Counted from the stretch's first letter, positions 1 through 12,780 are shown. The stretch is DNA of 64,000 nt from Diplonema japonicum (GCA_964019335.1 OZ025747.1:297196-361195); one strand, 5' to 3'. A program made the numbers and translations. Notes: generated by a model not told the origin, from the letters alone.

Positions 1-1
1 A

Positions 2-1730
2 GCAGCAGCGGCCAAGCAACACGCGATTGTATTGGAGGCCTTTATTCTGTCGTGGACCAGCACCATCTTCGTGTCCACGACACTGGTGGCGCGAAATACA
101 AGAACGTGTCTCGTCATGCAGAAGATGGGACGTGGGTACGTAGAGAGGGTATTCATGTATAACGAGCACTGTGCTGAAGAGGCCCGTAAGATCCAAAAGA
201 CATGGAGGGGTAAGCTCGCAAGGCACAGGAGCATGAGCCTGATGCAAGCAGTTTCCAAAGCAAAAACCAGACATGAAATGCGTGCTATCGGCGATGAAAA
301 GAGTTTCAGTGCCAATTGGCTGCAGGCTATCGGCAGGGCGTACCTAGCAAGGAGGTTTGTGGCAAGGCAGAACAAGTTACGGATGAACGAAGTGATTCTT
401 GCTAAGAAGCTAAAGGCACAACGCGAGTCCATAATAATGACATCGGAAATTCAACCGGAACCAAAGCCCCAACCCGCTCCTCCTGTGACGTCACCGGCTC
501 CAGAACCAGCACCAGCACCAGCACCGAAGCCGCGAAAAAAGAAGGTTGCGCCACTCCTCCTTGCGACCCTCTTAGCAGCAAGTGCCCTTGTGACCGCGAA
601 GAGAGCGATGGCCGACGTCCTGTGCATCCGGCAGCTTACACAGGTATGGTCCGGGTTCACAATACAAGCAAACCCATAACAGAAAGAGGCTTTCTTACGA
701 TTCCTTTTGAAAGACAGCAAGGATGAGGGTGCAGTATTTCTAAGTGAAGAACATATGAAAGTGCAGGTCTGGACAACAGGACAACAAAAAAAAAAAAGAG
801 GAAAAAAAGTACTCAACCCAACAGAAACTCCACCGCGCGGAAGTCTTAGAAAAGGAACACACCAGTCGAAGGCGCTTGCTGGGCTTCGCATGGCTGGTAG
901 GTTTAGAGCTGTCGCAACGGTGTGACATTGGTGTGTACGAAGTAGTAGGGAGGGACCTGCTGCGGAAAGCATGGTTCGGGGAGTGGGAAGAAAGCCCCGT
1001 GGCGGAAGATGCTTCAAAAAGGAGAAGAAGAACGCGGCTAATGAGCTCGTGGTCAAGTAAAAGCAGAAAGAGCATGGGCAGACCAAGGACCGCAGATGTG
1101 ACGTACCGAAGGGGTACGGTGTCAGCACGTGCGTATTCCATGCACAGTCTAGAACTGGTGGAGGTGCACGAAAGGGATAAGAACGACTGCATGCAAGAAG
1201 ACCTTCGTAATATATTGCAAAGCTACACATGGTTTGCCAACGAGGTAGCGGGACGGAACAAAATGGGGAAGAGATGGGCAGCAGAACTTGTCTCAAAGGT
1301 CGTGATATGGAACTCCGACATGCTGGACGCACCGAGTGTGGTGTCAATCGCAGCTGCTACCGGGGGTGTCATTGCCTCTCTGTACCCTGCCATAATTCAA
1401 CACCACGACAGACGCGTCCTGATGACCGCCTCCGCCCTCAGCATTGTGATGGTCAGCACGCATGTTGTAGCCACAATGGACACCATCCTCGTGGATGCCA
1501 CTATGAGTAAGCTCCCTCTCAGCACACTGTCGCCCCTAGACCACGCACTGTGTGAGTACTCAACCGCTCCTATGAACATCCGCCTCCGGCTCCCCATATT
1601 TTTCACCACTTCCAACATCATCAACTCGCAAGCCGTTCTCTCTCCCATCAAGCCCAGGTTGCACAACCCCAGCAAGTTTGTCAGCCGGATACATTCTCTC
1701 ACTGACCGCAGGCAGATGCTCTGTCCTTAG
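2..1730 (+). CDS. IQ-motif-containing hypothetical protein, 5' end outside window; introns 644-682 and 767-824
   Basis: IQ-like motifs ARKIQKTWRGKLAR and WLQAIGRAYLARR. Removing GTATGG..AACAG (39 nt) and GTCTGG..CAACAG (58 nt) joins ORFs 32-679, 707-925 and 876-1730 in frame. Confidence 0.65.
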
Positions 1731-1839
1731 AATAGAATGTTATACACCCCTCCATTTCCATGGACTGGTTTTCTGTCTTTTTTTTTAAACAGAAGCTAAC
1801 ATCAGTTTGTGCCGTGTAAAGGCCCATCAGGAACATGAA

Positions 1840-4437
1840 ATGAGCGAAGCAGGCGAGAAAGGGAAGACATTCAAAGAATGGATAGAACAGAGACCGAAGT
1901 CTTCTCCTGCGAGCAAGGGGCCAAGTGGCGACAGACGGCACAGGGACAGGGAACGGGACAGGGTACGGACCATGACAGTGTCCATGAGCAACACTATGCC
2001 GGCACCACCCTCGTTTAGGATGGGCAGCGAAGATGATAGCAGATACAGCCCCGTTCCGATACCAGAGGGGTATTTTAAGATGAAGAAGAACCTACAGCCA
2101 ACACCACCCCCGAAGAAGGACGAGAAGAGTGCAGAGCCTTCTGGGAAATGGAGATCGCTGGCTATCTATCACGAGGTACGCCTGAAAGAGCTTCTAGCTG
2201 ACGATAACAGACTGCCAAGCATCACGCGCCTGAACAAGGTGCTGCAGCACTACGTAGATGTGACTGCGATTTTCCCCCTTTTTAAGAATGTGTTCGAACT
2301 CATCTTATCAGAGGTGTACCTCTCTATCTTCTCAACGTCGGTGGATTCACTGGGCACTGTCAACACGGCTCCTTACTTCGAGCTGGCAACATCACTGAAG
2401 AAGGATGTCGAGCAATCGAACAGCGAGCTGCTTGACGCAAAGAGGGACGCCAACCAGGACACGCTGCACTTCGAGCTGCAGACTGCAAAGAGCAGGAACC
2501 GCTACGTTGCGCACCAGCTGGACAGGCTCAACCAGGAGAACGAGGCTCTTCTGGAGGACGTGGCGAAGCTAAACCACGAGAACGAAATGGTGGCCAAAAA
2601 TGGACGACAAGCCTTCATTGACTTAGAGCAGCAAAACAGAAGCGTTGAGACGGAGCTACGCAAACTGGAGAAAGAAAACGTGCTAATGAAATACGAGGAA
2701 CGCATGAAGAAGAGCCACCTGGCGGAGTACACACATCTAAAACTGAATCAAATGTCATGTGTGACGGCAATGCTGCACCCGTCATACGAGCACAGCTCCT
2801 ACTTGCAGCTCATGATACAACTTGAAGCTGCTGAGAATAGACTGCTCGATGATTTTGATGTGAACACGCGGACATTGCCGGCACAGGATGTCCCGCCTGC
2901 ACGGACAAAGATGGTGAACAAGTTGCGTGTGCTTCAAGAAGAGCTTTTCGAGCTCGAGAGGTACTCGGAACTGCTTCTGCAAGACGTGGACGTGGAGATG
3001 CCCCATGGCGACGACAACCTAGATGATTTATTCCACGTCCTGAACGGAGATAGGAACGAGGATCGAGAGGCCTTTGTGCGACGGACTTTAAAAGGCGCTC
3101 CTAGCAGCGCACAGAACATCCTGCTGACTACGGTGGAATCGATAGCGACACAGATTGTTGGCGGGGATCCCATTGCTGCAATTAAGGACAAGCTCACCGT
3201 ACCGCTCCTGGAGAACGACCCGAGGAAATACGACAATAGGATAGAAATAAGTGTGGTGGTGGGGTGCTCGAATCAAACAGAGCACGTAAAGACCATCAGC
3301 ACGGTGGATCCCTGCGCCAACATCGACCTACCCTCCAAGTCAACGTCCCTCAACCTCAAGTTCTCGCGACCCAATGCATGCATTCCACGACCACTGCGTA
3401 AACAACTAACCGAGAATCAGGCCGCACACCTGGAAGAAGAGCTAGCGTCACGAAGCTCGCTAGCTGAGAACATCCGAAAAGTACTGCCCAGCACATTCAT
3501 GGAGGGGTTAGGCGGGCGAGAGCTTGGCAACCATGCGTCCTGGGCCGGGTACGTGAACGTCTTTGGGAGCTGGGTGCCGAGACTGCCTCGAATTCTCTCG
3601 AGACAGGTGGTTGAGGAAATCATATTCGATACTTACACATACCACGCAACCGCTGTGCAGACGAGGTACTTGGAGTCGAAGAAGTTGAACATTAAAGAAG
3701 CGCAAGAGAACACGTTTACATCTTCTTTGAAGCAAACGGACATGCTGGAGGCTTTGGTGAAGGTTCTGGAGAAGCGGTACCATCTCCCGCTTGTTGGGAA
3801 CAAATACGCATTTGAGCTTATGTCAACGTGCGAAAGGATGGACACGGTGTTAACGGCAGAGTACCTAAACACATGCTCGGGGACGGATGTGGCAACAGGG
3901 CGGGTGACATCGATCATCTTGCATCTCTTGAGAGTGAACTGGCCTGCGTTGGTTCCTGACGAAGCTCCTGCCATCACACAGAAGGAGCTCACGAATGTGA
4001 TCGAGAACATGTATTCCACGCTGAGCCAGTCTAAGGTGGAGGAAATCCTCTCCGACATCGCGATCCACACCAAGGCTGTCTTCACATATGCAACGTTGCG
4101 CGACTACTTCATCACCTCCCTTACCACAATGCAGGAGTACCACACGAAGGCCCTTGCTGAGATGGTCGAGTTCAAGGCCAAAACATTAAAGTGGTCAGAG
4201 CTTGACAAGTACGCCTTTGCGGACTCTTGTTCCTCCTACGATTTCGGTCGCGACTCAGACATGGCGCGCATGAGGGAACACTTGAAGTACCGGCACACGG
4301 AAGCCTGTATCAGGGGTGGTGCACAGAAATCTCGTCTTTCTACGTCAGAGCTTGCGATGCTGGCCAGCGAAGCGATGTGGACCCTTATGACGGTGTCGCA
4401 CAACACATGGTTGAAGCCTCGCCAAAATGCGTCTTAA
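1840..4437 (+). CDS. Large coiled-coil hypothetical protein
   Basis: 876-aa open frame with an E/K/L/Q-rich coiled-coil segment. Start codon uncertain (ATG 1840 chosen). Confidence 0.7.
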   Translation: MSEAGEKGKTFKEWIEQRPKSSPASKGPSGDRRHRDRERDRVRTMTVSMSNTMPAPPSFRMGSEDDSRYSPVPIPEGYFKMKKNLQPTPPPKKDEKSAEPSGKWRSLAIYHEVRLKELLADDNRLPSITRLNKVLQHYVDVTAIFPLFKNVFELILSEVYLSIFSTSVDSLGTVNTAPYFELATSLKKDVEQSNSELLDAKRDANQDTLHFELQTAKSRNRYVAHQLDRLNQENEALLEDVAKLNHENEMVAKNGRQAFIDLEQQNRSVETELRKLEKENVLMKYEERMKKSHLAEYTHLKLNQMSCVTAMLHPSYEHSSYLQLMIQLEAAENRLLDDFDVNTRTLPAQDVPPARTKMVNKLRVLQEELFELERYSELLLQDVDVEMPHGDDNLDDLFHVLNGDRNEDREAFVRRTLKGAPSSAQNILLTTVESIATQIVGGDPIAAIKDKLTVPLLENDPRKYDNRIEISVVVGCSNQTEHVKTISTVDPCANIDLPSKSTSLNLKFSRPNACIPRPLRKQLTENQAAHLEEELASRSSLAENIRKVLPSTFMEGLGGRELGNHASWAGYVNVFGSWVPRLPRILSRQVVEEIIFDTYTYHATAVQTRYLESKKLNIKEAQENTFTSSLKQTDMLEALVKVLEKRYHLPLVGNKYAFELMSTCERMDTVLTAEYLNTCSGTDVATGRVTSIILHLLRVNWPALVPDEAPAITQKELTNVIENMYSTLSQSKVEEILSDIAIHTKAVFTYATLRDYFITSLTTMQEYHTKALAEMVEFKAKTLKWSELDKYAFADSCSSYDFGRDSDMARMREHLKYRHTEACIRGGAQKSRLSTSELAMLASEAMWTLMTVSHNTWLKPRQNAS

Positions 4438-4780
4438 GCGCTTTAACCAGCTAGACCCGACACCACCCAAATTAAAAGTGGTAAGCAAAAGAAGAAGAAG
4501 AAAAGAAAAGTAGGGAATGTGTGCATGTTTTTTTTTGTTTTTTTTTGGCGAATTGGATTAAGGGCCTTGCATGTGACGCCTGTGCGACCTTTATTCTCCC
4601 CGAATGGTCTGGGTGTAGTGGTTAAAAGATCCTTTTTCGTGTTTTTTTTTCTTATTGTGTGTGAACACACCAACATTATATTAAAAGAAATAGTAATAAT
4701 AATAATAATAATAAACCCACAAAAGGCGGGGGGAGGGGGGACGACGCGCGCGGGGGAGGGGGAGGGGGAGGCGGCGCATC

Positions 4781-7335
4781 ATGCAACGAAGGCAAAAGGT
4801 TGCTCGCGACAACACCACGCAGTTTAGGTACTGGTCGCAGTTTGATCTCGGAAAGGTCTCGGAAGGGGACCTGGAACAAAAAGTGCGAGACTTCTACCCC
4901 GAGTTAGATGGCACAAACGCGTGCAGGGACTACGTGGGTGGGACACTGCTTCACTGGTGCATGCTTCTTGGTGTCGGGAAGAACGGGAACCCCGCGTACC
5001 GGCAGATTGCGGACTACATCATACACAACGAGAATGTCGCAATTCTGGACCAGCAGTTCGACAGACGTGACCCGTGTGTGCATGTTGAGATGGACCAAGT
5101 TGGCTTCGTGAAGAAGCAGAAGCCTGAAGAGAAGCTCCCTTACGAGGACCTGTACTACGACGGCGAGACGGCTCTGCACATTGCCGTGGCGAAGAACGAC
5201 GTGGACATGGTAGGAAAACTGCTCGAACGCGGCGTCAGCTGTCAAATCAGAGCATACGGAAGCTTCTTCGTACCTGGCGGCCCTTCGGGGTGCTACCTCG
5301 GTGAATATGCCCTGTCGTTCGCCGCCTCTGGCGGGCTTGACGAAATCCTTGAAATGCTCTACGTTCACGACAAGAACTCAGTCACGTACCGCGACTCCTT
5401 TTCCAACACAGCACTGCACATGGCCATCCTTTACAGCAGGATCAGCACGTACAAACTGCTCGCGAAGCTTACCGGAAAGAGCCACGAAGAGCTGGTTCTC
5501 GACAGGGGTTCGATGGGGATGACACCCTTGTCGTTGGCCGCCTTGAGCACATTGCGAACTGGCGACATGACCTCTTACGAATACCTCATCAACTCAACGA
5601 GGAGTGTGGTGTGGGAGTTCCTTGATGTGACTTCCTACTCCTATCCTCTGAAGCAAATTGACACTATACCCTGCCCCCCCGTTAAGAAGGATGGGGCGCG
5701 AAGCGTACAAAGCGTCCAAGGCGACATCGAAGCTGGACCCCTCAGCGAGAAGTCCGATCCCGAGCCTATTGATTATGTCTCCATCCTGTTCCTCGCCATC
5801 CAGTACGATCTCCTCTCCCTTGCCGAGGACGAGATCATCGTGGCCCTTCTTGAGAGCAAATGGGTGTTCCTGAAGTATATATTCTACGTGTCGATCTTGT
5901 GGCACTTCGCATACCTTGGTGTGCTCACCTCTCTCACCGTACTGGCTCACCCGTATGGCGATGACAGCGAAATTTTAGAGTGGATCGCAATCGGTATGAC
6001 CATCGTGGATGCCCTGCCTAGCATGTTCGATATTATGGCGGGCATATCGAACTACAAGTGGTTGAAGAAAACACATGTGTGGGCAAAGAACCGAGCAGCT
6101 AAGAGGCCCGAGCGGCTGGACGAGGCTGCGTGGGAGACGTATCAATCGTATGAAAAGAGTACGATAGGGAAGCGGTTCTCCTTCGCGAAGCAAATGGTGT
6201 CGTCCTTCCCCCTGTCGGGGTTCGACCTTGTAGCGTGGGTGGGGTACGGGTTGTTCGCTGCGCACTGTGTTATTGATGACGGTATCGAGGACCACGTAAA
6301 GGGGAGCCCGCCGCTGGACAAAGATTCCGAACCCGTTCCCTACACCCTTGTTTTCTTGGGGATGTCCACAATGTGCGCGTGGATCTCGACACTAACTTAC
6401 GCCCCCGTCCACGAACGAACAGGCATGCTCGTCACCATGATGACGCGGACCATCTTCCAGGACCTGCTTCCCTTCATCCTTGTCTTCTCCTTCATCCTCA
6501 TGGGTGCCGCCACAGGAGCTTTCTCGTTGCAGAGGAAGGGCTACACCATATTGAAAACCCTCGATACCTTGAAACGTCTTTCGATAGGTCTTTACGATCA
6601 TGAGAATTATGAACCGGAGGGCCACGGTGACGGGGCGCTGGAGGTCTCGTACGTGTTGATCTTGCTGTTCACGTTGGTGTCGTTGGTGCTGATGTTGAAC
6701 CTGCTGATTGCGACCTTCACCTCGACTTATGAGGAGGTGAAGGATTTGGCACACAAGGAATGGCGTTTGCTCTGGGGGAGAGATATTCTGATGCTTGAAA
6801 GGCGGGCGTTGATGTTGAGCGGTATGGTCCCCAAGCTGCGGGTCAACCACGGCAGCCCGGAACAACATGTGTACGTGTCTATAAGCAACAAAATACGTGA
6901 CGAGGAGAAGAAGACGAAGAAACATGGGCAGAAGTCAGACATTGTCGATTGCATCAAGATGGCTGTAGCATCTCACGCGCGATCTGGGTACTCCCCCAAG
7001 AATAGGAAGGCATCTCTGCAGCTACCACCGCCGCAGGAGCAGAAGGACAACCCCCTCAATGCACCTGTACCCACGTCAACAAAAAAGAGGAAGCGAAAGA
7101 AAAAGAGTAAAGACGAAAGCCCCTCGGGATCTGACTGCTTCAGTAAGTCACGCCCTATGCCTCACACGGAGGAGACAAAATGCAGCAATTGTGGGGCCGT
7201 CCTCAATTATACAACGTTTAAGTATCCTGTCAAGGTATGGTTAAGGAGACGGGGGTTAAAAAAAACAAATTAAAAAAAAAGGTCGTGTGTGAGAAGTGCG
7301 AGCACCAGAACAGGTTAGTAAAACCCAGCACATAG
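4781..7335 (+). CDS. TRPV-like cation channel (ankyrin repeats + 6 TM) with C-terminal CxxC..CxxC; intron 7235-7281
   Basis: Ankyrin motifs GETALHIAVAK, RAYGSFF, GEYALSFAAS and NTALHMA; multiple hydrophobic helices; S6 motif LMLNLLIA. Splicing GTATGG..AAAG adds VVCEKCEHQNRLVKPST*. Confidence 0.85.
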
Positions 7336-7643
7336 CCCTCGTTGCGCTGTTCCTTTCTTTTTTTTTTCTTTTTTTTTTTCTTCGTTCCTCTCCCCCCTTT
7401 ACCGAAAATGGAAAAACCATGAAAATGGACAAGCAATTGTTCATAAATGTTTAGACAGTTAGTAGTCTTTTCTTTTCTTTTTTTTCTTTCTTCTTTTTTT
7501 TCTTTTCTTGTCAATCTCTTTCTTTGTAAGATTCTTCGTTTTTTTGTGTTCTTTTTTTTTTTCTTTTCTTCCCCCCTCTTCATTTCTTTTGGTAGCTTTT
7601 ATTCAAAACAGGAAACAAAGAAAAGGAACAAAAACAAAAAAAA

Positions 7644-9071
7644 ATGAGGTCTGCAAACGTATCAAGGGCCCTAAGACAAGGGAGGAGGTACAAAACGTTG
7701 AAGGCAGTAGACCCTTACACGGGAAAGGTGGCGTGGGAAGAGAAGGCGTGGTCGGCAGAGGAAGGAGTAAACGGACTTATGCAGGCCAACCAGGCGTTTA
7801 AAGTGTACAAGAAAATGGAACACGCGAAGAGAGCAGAATTTCTGAGGGAATGCAGCAAGATCTTGGTGGAGAGATCAGACGAGTTCGCGCAAGTAATGGC
7901 TGTTGAAATGGGAAAACCGATCGCACAAGGGAAAGGAGAAGCCGTGAAGTGCAGCACTGTGGCGGACTACTACGCCGACAACCTTGAAGAAATGCTTGTG
8001 GGGGAGGCTGTCGAGGCAGGGTTCACGCAATCATACGTGACCAAGCAACCGCTTGGAACCATCCTCCTCATCATGCCGTGGAACTTTCCGTTCTGGCAAG
8101 TTTTCCGCCAGGCATCTGCCGCCTACGCGGCAGGCTGCAGTGTTGTGTGCAAACACTCTCCAAATGTCCCACGCTGCGCGAAGCTAATCGAAGAAGTCTT
8201 CAACACAGCTGCTGAAAGGACAGGCCTCCCAAAGGCAGTGTATGTAAACCTTCCTATGCTCGCTGCTGACATCTACCCTGTCATGTCGCACCGTGACCTG
8301 CGTGCCATCTCCTTTACAGGGTCCACCAATGCTGGGGGGATCGTGGGGAGCACCGCTTCAAAACTTATCAAACCGTCTGTCTTGGAACTAGGCGGGAACG
8401 ACCCGTCGATTGTGTTGGAAGACGCTGACATCGCAAGAGCGGCGAAATGCTGTGCAGCGGGAAGGATGCTCAACGCAGGACAATCATGCATTGGGAGCAA
8501 GAGGTTCCTCGTGACGGAGGGTGTGTACGATGAGTTCCTTGCAGCCTTCGTGGAGGAGATGAAGCAGTACACAATGGGCGACCCGAAGGACGCTGCTACA
8601 AAGCTCGGCCCTCTTGTCGATGCAAAATCCCAAAAAGCTCTTGATGAACAAACGAAAGACACCATCGCAGGCGGAGCAAAAGTAGCCTTGGAAGGGGGAA
8701 TACCCGACCATGAAGGAGCCTTCTACCTTCCTACCGTTTTATACGATGTCCCTGCAGGGACACCTGGGTACGAAGAGGAGCTGTTCGGTCCTGTTGCCTC
8801 TGTCATCAAGGTGAAGGATGTTGACGAAGCTGTCGAAGTGGCCAACTCTTCAAAGTACGGGCTTGGTGCTTCCATCTACACGCAGGATATTGAGAGGGCC
8901 AACAGGATCGCCAGGGACGACATCGATGCTGGAATGTGTTATGTTAACGATTTCGTCAAATCCCACCCTCGCCTCCCTTTCGGCGGCGTAAAGGAGTCCG
9001 GTTACGGCAGGGAATGCGCCTCATATGGTATAAACACTTTCTGCAACATTAAGTCCGTGGTCATCGCCTGA
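7644..9071 (+). CDS. NAD(P)-dependent succinate-semialdehyde dehydrogenase-like aldehyde dehydrogenase (GabD1/Sad type)
   Basis: IMPWNFPFWQVFR, FTGST, LELGG, NAGQSC (catalytic Cys), EELFGPV and PFGGVKESGYGRE; Arg-rich N-terminal extension. Confidence 0.92.
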   Translation: MRSANVSRALRQGRRYKTLKAVDPYTGKVAWEEKAWSAEEGVNGLMQANQAFKVYKKMEHAKRAEFLRECSKILVERSDEFAQVMAVEMGKPIAQGKGEAVKCSTVADYYADNLEEMLVGEAVEAGFTQSYVTKQPLGTILLIMPWNFPFWQVFRQASAAYAAGCSVVCKHSPNVPRCAKLIEEVFNTAAERTGLPKAVYVNLPMLAADIYPVMSHRDLRAISFTGSTNAGGIVGSTASKLIKPSVLELGGNDPSIVLEDADIARAAKCCAAGRMLNAGQSCIGSKRFLVTEGVYDEFLAAFVEEMKQYTMGDPKDAATKLGPLVDAKSQKALDEQTKDTIAGGAKVALEGGIPDHEGAFYLPTVLYDVPAGTPGYEEELFGPVASVIKVKDVDEAVEVANSSKYGLGASIYTQDIERANRIARDDIDAGMCYVNDFVKSHPRLPFGGVKESGYGRECASYGINTFCNIKSVVIA

Positions 9072-9395
9072 GGCAGTGTTTTTGAATTTTGATTTTTTTT
9101 TTTTTTTGGATTCCCTGTTCGCGATAGGGGGGTTTTTTTTTTTGTTTTGTTTTGTTTTTTTTCTCTTTTTTTCTTCTTTTGACCACTTCTCTTCGACTTG
9201 CATCGAAGGAAGGGAAATTATATAAAAAAAAAAGCCACCACCCCCTTTTTTTTTTAAACTTTCAAAAAAAAAAAGGGGGAGGGGAACAAAAAAAAGAGAA
9301 ACCATTATTTTTTTGTTAACAATTTTTCAAAAAAAAAAAAAAAAAAAAAGAAAGAGAATTCCTACTTTTTTTTTTTTTGAAAAAAAAAATACTGT

Positions 9396-9426
<31 letters not shown>

Positions 9427-9479
9427 CCAAACCGTCAACCACTCCCTCAACAGCGCCGCCTCTCCCATCCCTACTATGA

Positions 9480-10574
9480 ATGAATAGTGCTTTCGCGCTA
9501 TCGGTGCTGGCCTTAAACGTGCTGATACAAAAGAGCAATGGACAAAACACGACGGACTCCCCACCGGGAGGCGACCTCCCAGAAGGGGGCTTGATATTCG
9601 CAATTGTAGTGGGAGTCCTGGTGTTCATATGCGGTGCAGCTGCAGTGATGTGGCAGTACAAAGCACTGGACAGAGCAAAGACGCGGGAGGAAGAACAGCT
9701 GGTAAAAGCAACAGCCCAACACCTTGCCGACTACCAAAAAGGCGAGGAAAGGCTTCAAATACTGATTGAAGAGAAGCAAGCCGCAGGTGTCATCCCGGTA
9801 CCTCCATCTCCTAACTCACCTTTAGGCAGCAGTTTTAAAGGCCGCGGACGGAGAATATCCTATGGGGAGGTCTCCCGAACTTCAGGAGGCACAACATTCA
9901 GCTTCAACATGGCACAGGGCGGATCAAGCGGCGACAGCATTGTAGCAGCGCACGCCGTCAGACGGCCGAACCCTTTAACAAATGTTTGTCGCCCGAAAAG
10001 ACAGCGTTCCTCGTCCACAGTGGCGCAATCGTTGAACGACGCTACACCAACATCGCAGAAGCAGTTACAGTTACGCTCCTCGTCAACACTGGCACAGACA
10101 TTTACATCTTTGAGTGTAACATCACCAGATGGGACGTCAACCCCAGCACCTGTTCCAAGGCAGCGTTCTTCGACCATTGCCACTATTGCTTCAACACCTA
10201 AGGCTATGTCGCAGACCTTTACTTCGTTGAATGTTTCTAACCCACCGAAGGTTAGGAGGCAGAGGTCGTCGACAGTGGCTTCGCCTAAAGGGGGTGTGAG
10301 ACGGCAAGGTGATGAGAGGGTGTCAAAGAGGCATCGATCGTCGTCTTCCTTGGCGCAGCTTTTGATGGGTGATGATGATGCTTCGTTCGATGCTTACCTT
10401 GCGTCGCCGATGCTTGTGAAGCACAGCCCGCCGCCGTCACCAAAGAGGTGTGCGCACTGCTCTGCGAGGTCTGCCACGCTGATGTGCCAGATGTGTGGTC
10501 GGATGTGTTCTTCTTGTTACAAGGCGAAGCATCCGCCCCATTTGCAGACGGGACACATTGCGGTTCCTATTTGA
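9480..10574 (+). CDS. Single-pass membrane protein with repeated RQRSST motifs and C-terminal B-box-like zinc finger
   Basis: Signal-like N-terminus, TM helix LIFAIVVGVLVFICGAAAVMW, repeated RxRSS(S)T motifs, and CAHC..CQMC..CSSC..H..H at the C-terminus. Confidence 0.7.
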   Translation: MNSAFALSVLALNVLIQKSNGQNTTDSPPGGDLPEGGLIFAIVVGVLVFICGAAAVMWQYKALDRAKTREEEQLVKATAQHLADYQKGEERLQILIEEKQAAGVIPVPPSPNSPLGSSFKGRGRRISYGEVSRTSGGTTFSFNMAQGGSSGDSIVAAHAVRRPNPLTNVCRPKRQRSSSTVAQSLNDATPTSQKQLQLRSSSTLAQTFTSLSVTSPDGTSTPAPVPRQRSSTIATIASTPKAMSQTFTSLNVSNPPKVRRQRSSTVASPKGGVRRQGDERVSKRHRSSSSLAQLLMGDDDASFDAYLASPMLVKHSPPPSPKRCAHCSARSATLMCQMCGRMCSSCYKAKHPPHLQTGHIAVPI

Positions 10575-10581
10575 AAACAGA

Positions 10582-10620
<39 letters not shown>

Positions 10621-10724
10621 CCATCTTTCCGAACCCCCCCGACAGGAGGGAACAGAATGGTAGTGGGGAAAAAAAAAAAAAAAAAGAAAAACAAAAATGC
10701 CTGTCAACGGTCCCACCGTGACAC

Positions 10725-10759
<35 letters not shown>

Positions 10760-11753
10760 TCGAGTATTTTTTTTTCCCCCCTTTTCATTCAAACGCGTTT
10801 TTTTTTTACTTTTTTATTTTTTTTAAACTGTTGTGCGGGATTCCTTATATGAAAAGTGGGTGCTATTCTCGTCTCATTTTTCTTTTTTTCTTTTCTCCAA
10901 TGATTCTTTTTTTTACCCCCCCTCCCTTTCCTGTTATAGAGAAGGAGAACCTTACTTCAGTAAACAACGCGTTTCTTTTTTTTTGTTCTATTTTCTTTTC
11001 GTTACATTTAATACCCTAAATCGTACCGCCCAAATACCGAATTAAAAAAAAAAGGCTGCCATGAGTCTCTTCCTAGAAAGAAGAAGAACGTAACAAAACG
11101 GAGAAAAAAATGGGAACAATAGGTGTGTGATGTGCATCTCCTGTCTCTTTTTTGTGTGTTTTTTTTTTTTTTTTTTGTGTTTTACTAAGCTAAGCTAAAG
11201 TAGTACTCGTGGCAGTTGCATTGCTTTGCAGCTGTTATTCTTTCATTTCTTTTTTTTTTTTTTTTCGATACAAAAAATAAAAATTCTATTTCTGTTTTCA
11301 GAGTGGGAAAAGAAAGATGAGAAGAAGAAGAAAAACAAAAAAATGGAGAAAAAAAAAAACAAAAGAAATGAAGAACGCAGAAGAAAACCCCTCTGCCCTT
11401 TATCGGGCAGTGGCACTTTCCCATCGTCTTGCCAACTGCCTATTCTCCAAGGAAAAAAAACCCTTTGTCAAAGAGGTAGGGAGGGGTCATATCTCCCCCG
11501 CTTCTAGAGGTTACAGTTTAAAAAAAAAAAAAAAAAAAAAAAAATCTTTTCTTGAGTACTTGGTCCCCATTGTCAGAACTACATCCGAACTGGCGTCCCC
11601 CCTCTCCCTCTCCCTCCCTCTCTCCCCCTCCTTCTCCCAAAGAACTTTTCGATTGGGGAAAAGCTGCGGGGGCACAGTTTTTAAATAGAATGTAAAAAGA
11701 AAAAAAGCAAAAAATGGCTGGTGTACCTATCTAATTCATATAAAATTCATATA

Positions 11754-12778
11754 TGAGCTCGTCCGGAAAAAAATGTCAACAAATGACCCTCCTATGCGGC
11801 GGAAAACCCCCGTTAAATTTCTAAGTAAAAAAGTAGTCCGACACCACTTTGTGTGCAGAAATGCAGTCTAAGCTTGAACACCATATAGGTCAAAACGCTC
11901 GCCGTTTGTTTTATTTTTAAAACGCACGTGCAAAAACATGTTTTTTAGAATGGTTTTTGGCAAACGATTCAATTTGGAAGTTACAAATAACCCAGACTCC
12001 ATTTTTTATTTTCGTTTTTCCGTGAAAAGCGACAGGAGGAATGGACGCGGACTGAAAATCTGTGAAACCTTTGGGGTCGGTGGGCTGGACTCTAAATCAC
12101 TATTAAAATGGGGTGGGGAGAACTTACCCTTACAGTGCATATTGGCCTATTTAAGGCTAAAATCCCTTTAAAACCCCTTAAAAAAAGCAAGATTTTCACT
12201 TTTAAAGTATTATGAGTGCAAAAGAAAAGGAAAAACCTCAGCAGATGGGTTGAGAATGAAAGTTTGACCCCAAAGATACCAATGTCGAAGCTCTGCATGA
12301 GCAGGCAAGTGTTAAGAATTGGTTTTTCTGAAAAAGGCCAAAATCCCTTAGGAACCCCTTGAAAAAGCCAAAAAATAGGGTGTAAAAAACCGGATTTTCG
12401 GGGGCTATGCGGCGCCATATATTTTTCGCTAAGTACTTTTAACAGTAACCCGACCCTAGGTTGTACCCAGGGGTCACAAGTGCGCTTGATCACCAATTTT
12501 ATGCACCCTAGATGCTGCATTTAAAGCAATAAAATTGCATTTTAAACATTTTCCGCCGTTTTTCTGACCTCTATTTTTCGCTTCCCGGGGGCAGCTGGTT
12601 GCAAAGCCTGCCACCCTCATGGCAAAACAAGCATCGCAATTGAAAGAACGGCGTCATGTACACCATATATGTCATCTTCCTATGGTTGCATGCTGCCCTT
12701 TTTTTGCTCAAATAATCAAAACAAGAAATTTTCGGAGGTGTCCAAAAAAGTGTTGACATTTTCGTCCGGACGAGCTCA
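11754..12778. mobile_element. Non-autonomous DNA transposon (MITE-like) with about 28-bp TIRs, flanked by TA/TATA
   Basis: Left end TGAGCTCGTCCGGAAAAAAATGTCAACA; the right end reverse-complements to TGAGCTCGTCCGGACGAAAATGTCAACA. TATA on both flanks; no credible ORF inside. Confidence 0.85.
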
Positions 12779-12780
12779 TA

